Assembly: GCA_046080605.1 (NCBI GenBank)
Contig: JBJTUH010000131.1
Location: forward strand, 733 to 64,732
DNA length: 64,000 nt
DNA from: Vampirovibrionales bacterium
GTDB taxonomy: Bacteria; Cyanobacteriota; Vampirovibrionia; Vampirovibrionales; JAJTHC01
Direction of reading: 5' to 3'
Position 1 is the first letter of the stretch. Every line of letters starts with the position of its first letter. Of the stretch, positions 30,550-41,421 are shown one piece after another. The position numbers were made by a program, and so were the translations under genes. The notes under the pieces are model-generated. The model did not search any database. It was given only the letters and a program-made list of their open reading frames with translations, and was not told the DNA's origin.

Positions 30550-30741
30550 TTAGTAGCGACTACGACGACGAGCGGCTTGAGCTTTACGCTTTTTCTTTGC
30601 ACTAGGTGTTTCATAACGCTCACGGCGCTTCACCTCAGCCAAGATACCTGCTTTTTGGATACGTTTCTTGAAACGCTTTAAGGCACTTTCAATACTTTCA
30701 CCAGAGTTTACTTCGATTTCTACTATCATGCTGTTTGTCAC
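30550..30741 (-). CDS. rpsU: 30S ribosomal protein S21
   Basis: IEVNSGESIESALKRFKKRIQKAGILAEVKRRERYE matches S21. Confidence 0.9.
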   Translation of the reverse strand: MTNSMIVEIEVNSGESIESALKRFKKRIQKAGILAEVKRRERYETPSAKKKRKAQAARRRSRY

Positions 30742-30912
30742 CCCCTTCCAAGGAGTTTAGACATTAAATATCATGAAAAACATGGGGTAAGCTTATACAA
30801 AAGCGTAAAATACTTACTTTAGAATATTCCAACAGTACCATAAAACATCCTACTTGACAAACACAAAGCATACATACTCTCTCATTGAGTGGTACACGCT
30901 CTGGAAAAAACC

Positions 30913-31033
30913 AAAATAAATGCCTAGAGTATGTATCGGGATGAGAGGATTCGAACCTCCGACCCCTACGTCCCGAACGTAGTGCTCTACCAAGCTGAGC
31001 CACATCCCGATACATACTCTAGGCATTTATTTT
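30913..31033. repeat. 24-bp perfect inverted repeat flanking tRNA-Pro, contiguous with the 7-bp acceptor stem (31-bp extended duplex)
   Basis: 30913-30936 AAAATAAATGCCTAGAGTATGTAT is the exact reverse complement of 31010-31033. The pairing continues without interruption into the acceptor stem, so nucleotide -1 pairs with discriminator A73. Confidence 0.85.
30936..31009 (-). tRNA. tRNA-Pro (anticodon CGG)
   Basis: Folded by hand on the minus strand: acceptor CGGGATG/CATCCCG, D-arm GCTC-AGCTTGGTA-GAGC, anticodon stem CTACG/CGTAG, loop TTCGGGA, T-arm GGAGG-TTCGAAT-CCTCT, discriminator A. No encoded CCA. Confidence 0.85.
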
Positions 31034-31146
31034 TTTACACAAGGCATTTTTCATTATGCTCTAAGCCGAAGGAAAGCTTCAAGAGCCTAAGTCTCTTTTT
31101 GATGTTAAGAATATATCAAGCTTCGAAGCAAATGGGCAAAAAGCAC

Positions 31147-32019
31147 TTAAGCATCCTTGAGAGGTTGATGACACGCTTCGACCATAGAGGCTAAGAAAGC
31201 TCCCAATTCCTCTTGATAGGAGGTACCTAAACGACGGTGGACTTGAATGAGTTGAAAGATTTTTGAGGCAGTAATCACACCTTGAGCCCCTGCATGAAGC
31301 ATAGTTCGTGCATTCTCTGGAGATGAAATCCCAAAACCCACATAAAGCGGTAATCTATCCTTCACGGAAGAAACGTCAAGTGCTTGTGCCTGATGGATTT
31401 TTTGAATCAATGTGGTAATACCAGCATCATAACGAGACTCTGCCCCTGTAATACCCAAACGACTCACCACATATAAATACCCACTCCCTAAACGGGTCAA
31501 TGTTTTCAAACGTTGAGGTGTTGTAAGGGGAGAGACAATAAACACCAAATCAATGCCATGGTGTTGACAGACAGGGTACAGGGCTTGTTCCGCAAGCTGT
31601 GGAGGTAAGTCAACCACAAGGAGTGCATCAATCCCAACCTGCTTTAAGCGTTCCACAAACCGTGCTTCGCCCATATGTTGAATAGGATTGTAATAGCTCA
31701 TCAAAGAAAGTGGTAAATCAGGGTATTTTTGACGAATCATGTCCATCAGTTCAAAAGCTTGCTCCAAGGCGTAGCCTGACTGTAGCACCTCTGTGATAGC
31801 CGCTTGTAACACAGGACCATCTGCAATCGGTTCACTAAAAGCAAGCCCTAACTCCAAAGCATCCGCACCTGCTGCAACATACATATCCACCAAAGCAAGT
31901 GCCTCTTGTTGCGAGGGCCAACCTAACAAAATATAAGGCATAAACACGCACTGACGAGACTCAAGGGCTTGGGCTTGAAGCCGTTTAAAACGAGAGGATG
32001 AGGCGGTAACACTCAACAT
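31147..32019 (-). CDS. trpA: Tryptophan synthase alpha chain
   Basis: FMPYILLGWP…, catalytic Glu/Asp context and GFGISSPE (phosphate loop). Confidence 0.9.
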   Translation of the reverse strand: MLSVTASSSRFKRLQAQALESRQCVFMPYILLGWPSQQEALALVDMYVAAGADALELGLAFSEPIADGPVLQAAITEVLQSGYALEQAFELMDMIRQKYPDLPLSLMSYYNPIQHMGEARFVERLKQVGIDALLVVDLPPQLAEQALYPVCQHHGIDLVFIVSPLTTPQRLKTLTRLGSGYLYVVSRLGITGAESRYDAGITTLIQKIHQAQALDVSSVKDRLPLYVGFGISSPENARTMLHAGAQGVITASKIFQLIQVHRRLGTSYQEELGAFLASMVEACHQPLKDA

Positions 32020-32081
32020 AAGGGCAAACTCTCACATACTAACCATGGTGATTCACGTTAAAACACACACAAGGAGAGGGA

Positions 32082-33332
32082 CTATAGCCCTAAACGCAAT
32101 GCCTCTTCAGGATGCTCCTTAACCCACTGCTGTACCAGCCCGAGGTCTTTATCTCCTCGACCAGAAAGGCATAATAATACCCTACTTTGAGCATCACATC
32201 CATGATGTCCCTTCAAATGATTTAAATAGGCAAGGGCATGAGAAGTCTCTAGTGCAGGAATAATACCTTCCAAACGACTTAAGCTGTAAAACGCCTCAAT
32301 CGCTTGAACATCGGTCACACTTTCATATATTGCACGCCCTTGGTCTGCAAGATACGCATGCTCAGGACCGACACTCGGATAATCTAACCCCGCAGAAACA
32401 CTGTGTGTTTCAAGAATTTGACCATCCACGGTTTGTAACACCTTACTACGCATCCCATGGAGTACACCTACACTCCCATGCCCTAAGACCGCACCATGAT
32501 ATGGGGTATCAGTCCCGTGTCCTGCAGGCTCCACACCAATTAAAGTGGTAAGGGTATCTTGCAAGAAGGCTGAAAAAATACCAATGGCATTAGAGCCTCC
32601 ACCTACACACGCAACCACATGCGTAGGCAAATGCCCGACTTGGTCTAACATTTGATGCCGAGCTTCTTCCCCAATGACTTGATGAAAAAAGCGTACCATT
32701 TGAGGAAAGGGATGAGGTCCTGCCGCCGTACCCAAAATATAATGCGTATCCCTAACATTCGTAATCCAATCTCGCATGGCTTCATTAATGGCATCTTTCA
32801 AGGTTTTCGCCCCTGATGTGACAGGTACAACGGTCGTCCCTAATAATGCCATGCGTTGGACATTAGGAGCTTGACGTTCAACGTCCACGGCTCCCATGTA
32901 TACCACTGTTTCAAGTCCTAATAAAGCACCCGCCATGGCCGTTGCCACACCGTGTTGTCCAGCCCCTGTTTCAGCAATAATCCGTTTCTTGCCCATACTT
33001 TTCGCTAATAATGCCTGCCCAACCGCATTATTTGTTTTATGGGCTCCACCATGAAGCAAATCTTCTCGCTTTAAATAGACTTCAAAGCCAACTTGCTCTG
33101 AGAGTTTCTTTGCATGGTACAAAGGTGTAGGACGCCCCCCAAAATGTTTCATTAAAGTACGCCATTCAGCCACCCAAGTCTTCTGACGGGTATAGTGGCG
33201 AAACGCCTCATAAAGCTCTTCCAAGGCAGGCATTAAAGACTCTGGGGCAAACTGCCCACCATACAGCCCATAAAACCCTTGACGTTGAGCCTCAAGCTCA
33301 GGGGATCCAATCGATACACTTGAACAAAGCAT
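32082..33332 (-). CDS. trpB: Tryptophan synthase beta chain
   Basis: PLP lysine region [34 protein letters not shown]. Confidence 0.95.
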   Translation of the reverse strand: MLCSSVSIGSPELEAQRQGFYGLYGGQFAPESLMPALEELYEAFRHYTRQKTWVAEWRTLMKHFGGRPTPLYHAKKLSEQVGFEVYLKREDLLHGGAHKTNNAVGQALLAKSMGKKRIIAETGAGQHGVATAMAGALLGLETVVYMGAVDVERQAPNVQRMALLGTTVVPVTSGAKTLKDAINEAMRDWITNVRDTHYILGTAAGPHPFPQMVRFFHQVIGEEARHQMLDQVGHLPTHVVACVGGGSNAIGIFSAFLQDTLTTLIGVEPAGHGTDTPYHGAVLGHGSVGVLHGMRSKVLQTVDGQILETHSVSAGLDYPSVGPEHAYLADQGRAIYESVTDVQAIEAFYSLSRLEGIIPALETSHALAYLNHLKGHHGCDAQSRVLLCLSGRGDKDLGLVQQWVKEHPEEALRLGL

Positions 33333-33542
33333 ACATAATACCTCCTGATAGAAAAACTAGACACACTGGGGCAGGGTTGATTTGGCAGGAAAACCTTGGC
33401 TCTAGTGTAGCGTTAAGATTCATAGATTGCAAACACTATAGAACCCCTCTTAAAAGCAAGGACATGCCAAGGTAAAGAGAGGTTCTATAGATGAAACGTC
33501 ACATTAAACGCTATCAGTCATTACGCCTTCAGACGTAACACC

Positions 33543-35225
33543 TTAGAATTTAATGTTGGTACGAAGACCCACAGAGGTGGAGAATCCGTTGTCAGTTTGA
33601 CCAAAACGGTTCATGTGGAACTGGACGCTGGGAGTCACAGATACTTTTTCGTTAATGGCAGCAGTGTAGAATACTTCGGTAGAATGCTCAGCACCATCTT
33701 TGGTGAAGCCAGTACCGAAAGAGTTGAATGCGGTGTAAGCATAACCAAGACCGAATTTGTCTTGCTCACGCACACCGAACACGCTCATAGGAACCACAAG
33801 AGCAGTTGTTAAAGCATGTTGTGCAGTAATTGCGGTGTTAGCGGTGCTGTAAAGTTGGTTAGCAGCATTTAACACTGCAGCATTGCCACTCTTGTCACCC
33901 AAGAACCCTGCCACGTTCAAGCCAATCCCTTTGTAAAGTTCTTGGTTGATACCAGCAAAGAATCCGTTGGAAGTACCAGGAATGATGTTCAAGCCACTAA
34001 CGTTGACAGCAGAAACATTTCTGTTGCTCAAGCTATAAAGGTGGAACCCACCAGCGTATACACTACCTGTACGGTCAAACCAGTTATGGTTGTAACGTAA
34101 TTCATAGGTAGCAGCTTGGTAGTTGAGCCACTGGTTACTATCAGAAGAACTTAAACCTGCGGTTAACTCTAAGTTACCGTAAGTAGAAAGATTCTGCTTC
34201 ACACGAAGAGCAGCACCAGCACCTGTAAAGTTTACAGGAAGACCAGGAATGTTGTTGAAGGCAACATTTTGGAATGAGGTGATATCATCTACACCACGGT
34301 ATTCGCTACGGTCATAGAGACGGTAGTGGGGAATAATACCAGCAAATACGGTCGCAGTGGTTTTGTAATCATCAGACTGGTTAGGAATGATTTTTGCAAT
34401 ATTCTGCTCGTAGTATGCATATTCAGCGTAAAGATTTTGACGAAGGTTAGCAGAAGTACCTAAAGCTTCATTGTTTGCAGAAGCATCAGCACCAAAGCGA
34501 GACACACCGTTAAAGTTGGTGGTACGACGACCCACAGCGGCCACTAAACGTGTACGCAAGGTACCTTCACCAAGCACTTCACCCGTTGCTTCAACCACAG
34601 GAATATCAAGCCCTAAGCGAAGACGAGCGACAGGAGAAATACCATCTTCAATACCTGTACGACCTCTTGCACCAGCTTCCCCTGCATTGTAGAGTACACC
34701 AAAGGTCATATCACCATGAATACGGGTTTTCTCAAGAAGGTCAAGACGAGAATCTTGCTCAGCATTTTTGGCATCTGCTGCGTCGACACGCTCTTCAAGA
34801 CGAGTGGTGCGTCCTTTAAGTGCAGCAAGCTCAGAACCAAACTCATCTGTAAGTTTTTGAATGGTTTCAAGATCAGCTTTGTCAAGCTTCTCAGCGTCAA
34901 GACGAGCAATGTCTTTACCGATGGTTTGAATTAAAGCATAAAGTGCAGCAGCCATTTCCCAACGAGTGGCAAATTTCTGACCTTTAAACACATGAGAAGG
35001 ATATCCTTCAATGACATCATACTTTTCTACAAGGTTTTTGAGTGCTTCATAACCCCAATGGTTGGGATCCACATCAGTCAACTCGTCCACAGAAGTGATA
35101 GCTTCAGCAGATTGGAACCCTGCAACAATACCAGATGTTAAACCAGCAACAGCCAAGAAAGCAGCTAAGAGAGCTGGTGTGACACGTTTTAAAGCCATGA
35201 TAGGCACCTTTCTTATCACATACAA
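33543..35225 (-). CDS. Outer-membrane beta-barrel porin with N-terminal SLH domain and coiled-coil linker (cyanobacterial Som/OprB-like)
   Basis: Signal peptide. SLH motif DVDPNHWGYEALKNLVEKYDVIEGYP…ATRWEMAAAL. Heptad coiled coil. C-terminal beta-strand-rich region ending in the aromatic residue (…TNIKF) typical of OMPs. Confidence 0.75.
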   Translation of the reverse strand: MYVIRKVPIMALKRVTPALLAAFLAVAGLTSGIVAGFQSAEAITSVDELTDVDPNHWGYEALKNLVEKYDVIEGYPSHVFKGQKFATRWEMAAALYALIQTIGKDIARLDAEKLDKADLETIQKLTDEFGSELAALKGRTTRLEERVDAADAKNAEQDSRLDLLEKTRIHGDMTFGVLYNAGEAGARGRTGIEDGISPVARLRLGLDIPVVEATGEVLGEGTLRTRLVAAVGRRTTNFNGVSRFGADASANNEALGTSANLRQNLYAEYAYYEQNIAKIIPNQSDDYKTTATVFAGIIPHYRLYDRSEYRGVDDITSFQNVAFNNIPGLPVNFTGAGAALRVKQNLSTYGNLELTAGLSSSDSNQWLNYQAATYELRYNHNWFDRTGSVYAGGFHLYSLSNRNVSAVNVSGLNIIPGTSNGFFAGINQELYKGIGLNVAGFLGDKSGNAAVLNAANQLYSTANTAITAQHALTTALVVPMSVFGVREQDKFGLGYAYTAFNSFGTGFTKDGAEHSTEVFYTAAINEKVSVTPSVQFHMNRFGQTDNGFSTSVGLRTNIKF

Positions 35226-36071
35226 CTAAGAAATCAACGACGAGAGAGAAGTCGAGGATAGCACACAGAAAACAAAACAAAAACGCAATCAAACCACTTT
35301 AACACTCAGACCATACTTGCTGACAGATATTAACAGATTCAGCAAAACATTTCAAAAACACAAGAGGAGATTTTAAAATAGTCCAGCAAGAGGAGTATTT
35401 TTAACACGTTTTTTCCGTAGTTAAACACTACATTGCTTGTACCATAACAGCAAGTCAATCTTGTGCCAAGGAAAAAAAGCTAAAATCCAAAAAACGAGGG
35501 TGTCAGAAGCCACCCAGAGGAAAAACCTCTGTTATCAAAGAACATCAAGCGAAGCATCTACCATCAAAGTAAAAGGAGCATTTCAAGCCTTAAAGACACG
35601 CTTTCACACAGATAAGGAAAAGGTCTATATTAAGGCAAAGACGCACACTGCTGAACACTCTTACATGACACCTTGTAGCATTCATTATCTTCACAAAAGC
35701 AAATAGAAAGCTAACAAGTATACCTAAACCATAGTATCAGTAAGGTTCCAATGCTTCAAGGGAAAAAGAAACTTACGCAAAAACATTTTTCAAACGCTTA
35801 CCCCTGAATACCAACAGCTAAGGGTAAGGGCTGCCTACAATTAAACTTACATTCCATTATATCGGGTTTTAGGTTTGACGCAAGCAAAAATTGTCTTTAT
35901 ATCTTAATTATATTTTCTCTCTTCTTATCACTACTCTCTGGCTTCCACTACATAGATACAGCAGATACCTTTACCCTTCCACGATATAAAACAAGAGCCT
36001 ACACTCTGTCAAACCCACAGCATATCCATTGCAGAGGGTAACTGTTTCAAACAGGAGACCCTTCACGATGT

Positions 36072-36590
36072 TTGAGAGATAATAGAAGGGTAGCTCATCA
36101 TCAAGCATGTATGGTGTCACAACAACTTTTCATCACTGCGATACATAGATTAAGAATACATAAAGGAACATCATTGATGCATTCAACCAATCAATCAGAA
36201 ACACAAGCCTCCATACTCGACTATACCGCTTGGGAGACACTACCTGCTTACTTACAAGTGACTTTGCTTGGACTTGAAGAAAAGCAAGCTCAAGACGTGA
36301 GTGTAAGACACATCGAACCACTGTCTTCCTTAGGGGATTTTATGGTCATTGCCTCCACACAAAGTACCCAACAAACCCGTGCATTAGCAGGATACCTAGA
36401 AGCAGAACTTGAAGACAAACTACAGTGGAAAGCACGCCATATTGATGCAGACACTCAATCTCGTTGGATTGCCCTCGATTATGGTGAAATGATTATTCAC
36501 TTGATGGTTCAACAAGAGCGAGAACACTACCAACTTGATGCCTTTTGGAGAAACGCTCAAGAACTTTCTTACACACTACCAAACACCTAA
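36072..36590 (+). CDS. rsfS: Ribosome silencing factor RsfS (Iojap family)
   Basis: DFMVIASTQSTQQTRALAGYLEAEL…RWIALDYGEMIIHLM. The true start is probably the internal Met (MHSTNQ…) near 36177. Confidence 0.75.
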   Translation: MRDNRRVAHHQACMVSQQLFITAIHRLRIHKGTSLMHSTNQSETQASILDYTAWETLPAYLQVTLLGLEEKQAQDVSVRHIEPLSSLGDFMVIASTQSTQQTRALAGYLEAELEDKLQWKARHIDADTQSRWIALDYGEMIIHLMVQQEREHYQLDAFWRNAQELSYTLPNT

Positions 36591-36677
36591 ATATGCACTC
36601 CAAAAGGCTCAGCCCTTGCATCATGGGGTCAATACCATCATGCAAGGGCTGAAGCACAGACTTAGCCGTGGAACCTA

Positions 36678-37049
36678 TTAACCACCGCAATGCCCAGAGG
36701 AAGGATTCTCACAAGAGCGGCTGAACGTTTTGCAGATCACATCTTTCAAATGATGGCTTGCTTGCTTCGTCGCCATTTTTGCACTGAGCTTAGCTTCCCA
36801 CTGAGCTTTAGATGCTTGGGCAGCGGCCTGTGCCAGATGTGTCATAGCATCACCACAACTCGCCTCCATGGCTACCTTGATTTTTTCTTTCATCAACTCA
36901 TGCCATGCTTCTTCAGCGATATGGAGAAGTTTCTCACTTAAACAACACGTATTAGCCTCTTGAGACACGGGCGTTTCGCAGGCAGAAAACATCATTTTTC
37001 TTATCCTTATACTTAACGTTAAAACACACATCACACAATGAACACACAC
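36678..37049 (-). CDS. Hypothetical protein
   Basis: ORF only. Helical, Ala/Lys-rich and Cys-containing. No family recognised. The start is probably the internal MMFSACE…. Confidence 0.3.
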   Translation of the reverse strand: MCVHCVMCVLTLSIRIRKMMFSACETPVSQEANTCCLSEKLLHIAEEAWHELMKEKIKVAMEASCGDAMTHLAQAAAQASKAQWEAKLSAKMATKQASHHLKDVICKTFSRSCENPSSGHCGG

Positions 37050-37148
37050 TCAACATAAAAAGGGACTTTTTAGATATTACCAGTCGGTTCTAATTCAAGG
37101 CAAAAAAAGACCGTGTTTTACTTCAAACCAATGAGCTACGCTATGAAC

Positions 37149-37796
37149 TCAAGAAAGCAGTGTCAACAGAAGCTCCGCATTTTGACGAATCCCTTGAGGG
37201 TTACGGGTTGTTTTGGCATAAATGAGGCTTCCATGAAAGGCAGAAAGAAACAAAGCACCCGCTTCTTCTGGATTTAAAGTAGGTTTAAACTCACCCATTG
37301 CAATGCCTTCAGCGATACAAGCCGTAAAAAAGGCTTTAAATCGGGCAAAAAAAGCACTTAATTGCTCACGGAAAGCAGGAAAAAAATCACTCGTTTCAGT
37401 GGCAAGGTTCACAAAAGGACAACCTACTTGACAGGACTGACACATCATGACTTCGTACACTTCTAGGCAAAATTGATAGATTCTTTCCTTCGGAGACAAG
37501 CTCTTATTTAACAATGTGGTTTGTAATTTACCATGAATAAATCCATGAATATAACGCTCAAGAGTATCAAGGAACAACGCTTCTTTAGAGGGATAATGAT
37601 AATAAAAATTACTCTTACTCACTTCTGCCTGAGAAAGTATTTCTTGGATCCCCGTAGATTCATACCCTTGTGCCGACATGAGGGTCAGACAAGTTTGAAT
37701 CAACTTTGCTTTACTGGGTGGAAGGGTATCAAGCTCAGGTAGGTACATCATGACAGTTAGCCTATCATAAACATGGGTTTCGTAGTGACAGACCAA
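37149..37796 (-). CDS. TetR/AcrR-family transcriptional regulator
   Basis: N-terminal HTH LMSAQGYESTGIQEILSQAEVSKSNFYYHYPSKEALF. Confidence 0.8.
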   Translation of the reverse strand: MVCHYETHVYDRLTVMMYLPELDTLPPSKAKLIQTCLTLMSAQGYESTGIQEILSQAEVSKSNFYYHYPSKEALFLDTLERYIHGFIHGKLQTTLLNKSLSPKERIYQFCLEVYEVMMCQSCQVGCPFVNLATETSDFFPAFREQLSAFFARFKAFFTACIAEGIAMGEFKPTLNPEEAGALFLSAFHGSLIYAKTTRNPQGIRQNAELLLTLLS

Positions 37797-37928
37797 CCTA
37801 TGATACAGTGTGACAAGGAACAGTTAGTACCGTATGGTTCTATTAAATCAGGTGTTACAAGATGTGTCAATGACTTTTGTTTTATTTTAAGATTCAAACC
37901 AAAGCCATAGCACGTAAGACACCAACGT

Positions 37929-37964
37929 AAAAATCCCAGAAATAGCTTATTTCTGGGATTTTCC
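37929..37964. terminator. Bidirectional rho-independent terminator after clpX
   Basis: 14-bp perfect stem AAATCCCAGAAATA / TATTTCTGGGATTT flanked by A- and T-runs. Confidence 0.65.
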
Positions 37965-37993
37965 AAGCGTTAAAGGCTAAAAACTTAAAGGAG

Positions 37994-39343
37994 TCAGGCC
38001 ACTGGATGGATTTTAGTGACCTCTTCCTTTAAAGGAGAAAGCACTGAACAGGGTACTTCAGAAACATGATGCAAGACATTTTTCGCTTTAACCATCTCCT
38101 TGGTAATACGAATCGACTCCAACTCACCCTTGTCATGAAGCTCAGGTGCTTCAAACATGACATCAAGCATAAGTTCTTCCATAATGGCACGCAACGCCCT
38201 AGCACCCGTCTTACGCTGCATCGCCTCATGAGCAATCGCAACGGCAGCATCTTCCTCAAACTCCAACGCAATATGATCCATCGCCAATAAAGCTTGGTAT
38301 TGCTTGAAAATAGCATTTTTGGGTTTCTTAAGAATACTCACCAAGGCTTCTTCATCTAAGGGATCTAAGACGGCTAAAATTGGCAAACGACCTGTGAACT
38401 CAGGAATCATCCCAAACTTAATCAAGTCATCAGGTTCCGCCTGCTTCATGATACGAGCAGCTTCTAAATCTCGCTCGTATTGAGACTTGACCCCTGTTGA
38501 GCCAAACCCAACGTTTTTACCTGTATTGACACGTTGACCAATAAGCTTATCCAGCCCCACAAAAGCACCTCCGCAAATAAAGAGAATATTCTTGGTATCA
38601 ATTTGAATAAACTCTTGATGAGGATGCTTACGTCCTCCTTGAGGAGGTACATTGGCAACCGTACCCTCAATCATTTTCAGAAGAGCCTGTTGCACACCCT
38701 CTCCAGAAACATCTCGAGTGATACTTGGATTTTCAGACTTACGAGAAATTTTATCAATTTCATCAATATAGATAATGCCTCGTTCTGCTTTGCGAACGTC
38801 ATACTCTGCAGCCTGATACAAGCGTAACAGAATATTCTCAACGTCATCCCCCACATAGCCTGCTTCAGTAAGCGTCGTAGCATCTGCCACCGCAAAGGGT
38901 ACATTGAGCATTTTCGCTAAGCTTTGAGCGAGTAACGTTTTACCTGACCCAGTGGGACCAATGAGCAATACATTACTTTTTTGAATTTCTATTGCATCTT
39001 TATCATCCACGGTCTCTAAAAGATGGTTAATACGCTTATAGTGATTATATACCGAAACCGCCAAGGTACGTTTTGCTTGGTCCTGTCCAATAATATGATC
39101 ATCGAGATGCTGTTTAATCGCCTGAGGAGAAGGCACCACAAGTTTTTCTTGAGGCGTGTCCTCTGTATTCTTCTTTTGACTTAAGTTTTCTGCTGTGTCA
39201 AACTCCTCGGCAAGAACCTCATTGCATAATTCGATACATTCATCGCAAATAAACACATCAGGACCCGCAATGAGCTTTTTGACTTGGTCTTGTGTTTTTC
39301 CACAAAAGGAACAACGGAGCTTTTCATCATGTTTACTCATCAT
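37994..39343 (-). CDS. clpX: ATP-dependent Clp protease ATP-binding subunit ClpX
   Basis: Zinc-binding N-terminus CSFCGK…CDEC, Walker A GPTGSGKT, and the IYIDEIDKI region. Confidence 0.95.
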   Translation of the reverse strand: MMSKHDEKLRCSFCGKTQDQVKKLIAGPDVFICDECIELCNEVLAEEFDTAENLSQKKNTEDTPQEKLVVPSPQAIKQHLDDHIIGQDQAKRTLAVSVYNHYKRINHLLETVDDKDAIEIQKSNVLLIGPTGSGKTLLAQSLAKMLNVPFAVADATTLTEAGYVGDDVENILLRLYQAAEYDVRKAERGIIYIDEIDKISRKSENPSITRDVSGEGVQQALLKMIEGTVANVPPQGGRKHPHQEFIQIDTKNILFICGGAFVGLDKLIGQRVNTGKNVGFGSTGVKSQYERDLEAARIMKQAEPDDLIKFGMIPEFTGRLPILAVLDPLDEEALVSILKKPKNAIFKQYQALLAMDHIALEFEEDAAVAIAHEAMQRKTGARALRAIMEELMLDVMFEAPELHDKGELESIRITKEMVKAKNVLHHVSEVPCSVLSPLKEEVTKIHPVA

Positions 39344-39667
39344 AGAGCGTTTATGTCTTTCCTGATAGATTCAGAGGATGCCGAGATAAAGGATGACTAG
39401 TTAACCAAGGTAAAACCATACAGTATGACGATCTCTATACCACTACGATAGTCAACTGAAAGCATGAAACCCTTACATCACCTTGCCGATTAGCCCGCAA
39501 ATATAACCAGAGACCTAGAAACATTACAAACTATCACGCAAGGCGACCGAGAAATCTGTACGCAATGACGCTAGCCGATCATGTGTGATGGCATACTATC
39601 CAAACACATACCACAAACACACTTATGATACAAAGCACATTGTCAAATAGAAGACCTCAAAAGAAGA

Positions 39668-39707
39668 GGTGCTTTTCTTACGCCATAGAGACGTTTCAGA
39701 AAAGCAC
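39668..39707 (-). terminator. Hairpin plus U-rich tract downstream of clpP (candidate terminator/processing site between clpP and clpX)
   Basis: On the minus strand: GGTGCTTTTC, 21-nt loop, GAAAAGCACC, then TCTTCTTTTG. Confidence 0.35.
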
Positions 39708-39723
39708 CCACCTCACTCAAAGC

Positions 39724-40341
39724 TTATTTATCAGTGGCAGGCTTACTGACAACCTTATCCACAATACCATAAGCCACTGCATCTTCAGGACTCATGATAT
39801 AGTCACGGTCTGTGTCTTTCTCAATCTTCTTGAGAGGTTGACCCGTATGGGATGCCAATAGCTCATTTAACATACGTTTCATACGGTTAATTTCTGCAGC
39901 CTGAATCTCAATATCAGAGGCTTGACCTTGAGCTCCACCAAGGGGTTGGTGAATCAGAATACGAGAATGTGGCAAAGCTAAACGCTTCCCAGGCGTACCA
40001 GCAGACAGAAGGAAGGCTCCCATACTGGCAGCCTGACCCACACAAATGGTTGAAACATCTGCACGAATATGCTGCATCGTATCAAAAATAGCAAGTCCTG
40101 CTGTGACGCTTCCTCCGGGAGAGTTGATATACAGCATAATATCTTTCTCTGGATTTTCAGAATCCAACAGAAGGAGTTGCGCAATAATCAAGTTTGCGAC
40201 CATATCATCCACAGGGGTACCTAAAAATACGATACGCTCACGAAGTAAGCGCGAAAAGACATCAAATGTACGCTCTCCACGGCTTGATTGCTCAACAACA
40301 ACTGGCATGTAGGCATGGGGCTGAATAATGGATTGCGTCAT
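39724..40341 (-). CDS. clpP: ATP-dependent Clp protease proteolytic subunit
   Basis: [11 protein letters not shown]…[19 protein letters not shown] (catalytic Ser), then His and Asp downstream. Confidence 0.95.
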   Translation of the reverse strand: MTQSIIQPHAYMPVVVEQSSRGERTFDVFSRLLRERIVFLGTPVDDMVANLIIAQLLLLDSENPEKDIMLYINSPGGSVTAGLAIFDTMQHIRADVSTICVGQAASMGAFLLSAGTPGKRLALPHSRILIHQPLGGAQGQASDIEIQAAEINRMKRMLNELLASHTGQPLKKIEKDTDRDYIMSPEDAVAYGIVDKVVSKPATDK

Positions 40342-40551
40342 GAGAATCCATTCACTCCTTTGTAAAAATGGATAAGGTTAACGGAAAGCATGGCTTTCAT
40401 GAGGACACACAGACACCAAAAGACAAAAGTACTTTACTAAAGTGACTCTTTTGACTGGACTATAAGTTTACAGTGTACCATATTATGCACTTTAGGAAAA
40501 TGAAAACAACCTTAAATAGTCTAAACTCATCAGATACGACCACGATAGGTG

Positions 40552-41412
40552 CTAACCTACCGTTGAAGAAGTGGTTCCAGAGGAAGACAAGGAGCGAATC
40601 CCACAAATAGCTTCATAGGCACAGTGGTTATCAGGACACGTTCGAGGCAGAGAAAAATCACCTTGGTGCCAATGCCGTATAAGAGAAGTCACCGTCTGAA
40701 GCAAAGCCTGCTGTACTCTTACAGACTCTTGAGGAGACCAAGGGTACTCATGACACTGAATACCTTGAGGGCTCACCTGAACGTATATAAATGTGAGAGG
40801 TATCGTATCAGGCAAACGTCGACGTGTGACAGGATGACGTAAAGGCGTGTTTTCTGCTTGGAGCAATCTCTCGATGGCAAGAGTGTAGAGCATGTACTGC
40901 CAATCCTCTAACGGATAGTTAGGCACTGCCGTCCCTGTTTTCCAATCCAAAAGCACCAGTGTCTCAGGATGTTCTTGAGATGCAGGACGTAGAGCCAATC
41001 GGTCAATACGACCATGACAAAACAAGGGAGGTGTTTCAACCGTCGTCGCATGCAAACCTGTAACATACTCCTCCAGAGAAGACTGTAGCAAAGAGACCAG
41101 CGGGACGTAGAAAGGGTACTCACTCGCCACAACAGGCCATTGCAATAAGGGGCTTGCTTGCAACTGTTCCCAACACGCAATGAGTTGCAAATCTTTTTCA
41201 CCTGCCATACAGTGATGCACAGGAAGTCCGTCTGCTTGATACTCTAACCACTTATGTAACTGTTTTCCCAAGCGAAACCGCCGTGTATCTACAGGCCAAC
41301 GACGATGCTCAACCGTTTTATACTGAAACTGCTTCTGGCATCGTGACCAAGATTTAAGCTGATCCGCAGAAAACACAAGAGGATGAGTAGGTAAAAGAGA
41401 CATCATCATCAC
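40552..41412 (-). CDS. PD-(D/E)XK nuclease, Cas4/RecB-like with 4-Cys Fe-S cluster signature
   Basis: Motifs II GRIDRL, III LLDWKTG and QYMLYTLA (QxxxY). One N-terminal Cys (WSRCQKQ) and a C-terminal CPDNHCAYEAIC triad. Confidence 0.55.
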   Translation of the reverse strand: MMMMSLLPTHPLVFSADQLKSWSRCQKQFQYKTVEHRRWPVDTRRFRLGKQLHKWLEYQADGLPVHHCMAGEKDLQLIACWEQLQASPLLQWPVVASEYPFYVPLVSLLQSSLEEYVTGLHATTVETPPLFCHGRIDRLALRPASQEHPETLVLLDWKTGTAVPNYPLEDWQYMLYTLAIERLLQAENTPLRHPVTRRRLPDTIPLTFIYVQVSPQGIQCHEYPWSPQESVRVQQALLQTVTSLIRHWHQGDFSLPRTCPDNHCAYEAICGIRSLSSSGTTSSTVG

Positions 41413-41421
41413 AAAGCAACA

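Noticed and set aside
30764-31194. ORFs 30764..31015 (-) and 30931..31194 (+), both starting MYRD… and sharing HPDTYSRHLF
   Set aside because: They are mirror-image artefacts of the tRNA-Pro gene and its flanking 24-bp inverted repeat. They overlap a confidently folded tRNA.
33437-33500. Imperfect 14-bp inverted repeat (CTATAGAACCcCTCT…AGAGAGGTTCTATAG) between the porin gene and trpB
   Set aside because: It has a bulged stem and no U-tract on either strand, which is insufficient to call it a terminator or regulatory element.
35226-36071. 850-bp intergenic region upstream of the porin gene with small Lys-rich ORF 35437..35706
   Set aside because: The ORF is low-complexity and lacks an RBS. 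I looked for RNase P, tmRNA, SRP or 6S-like motifs by eye and found none. The region is probably a promoter region, although an sRNA cannot be excluded without tools.
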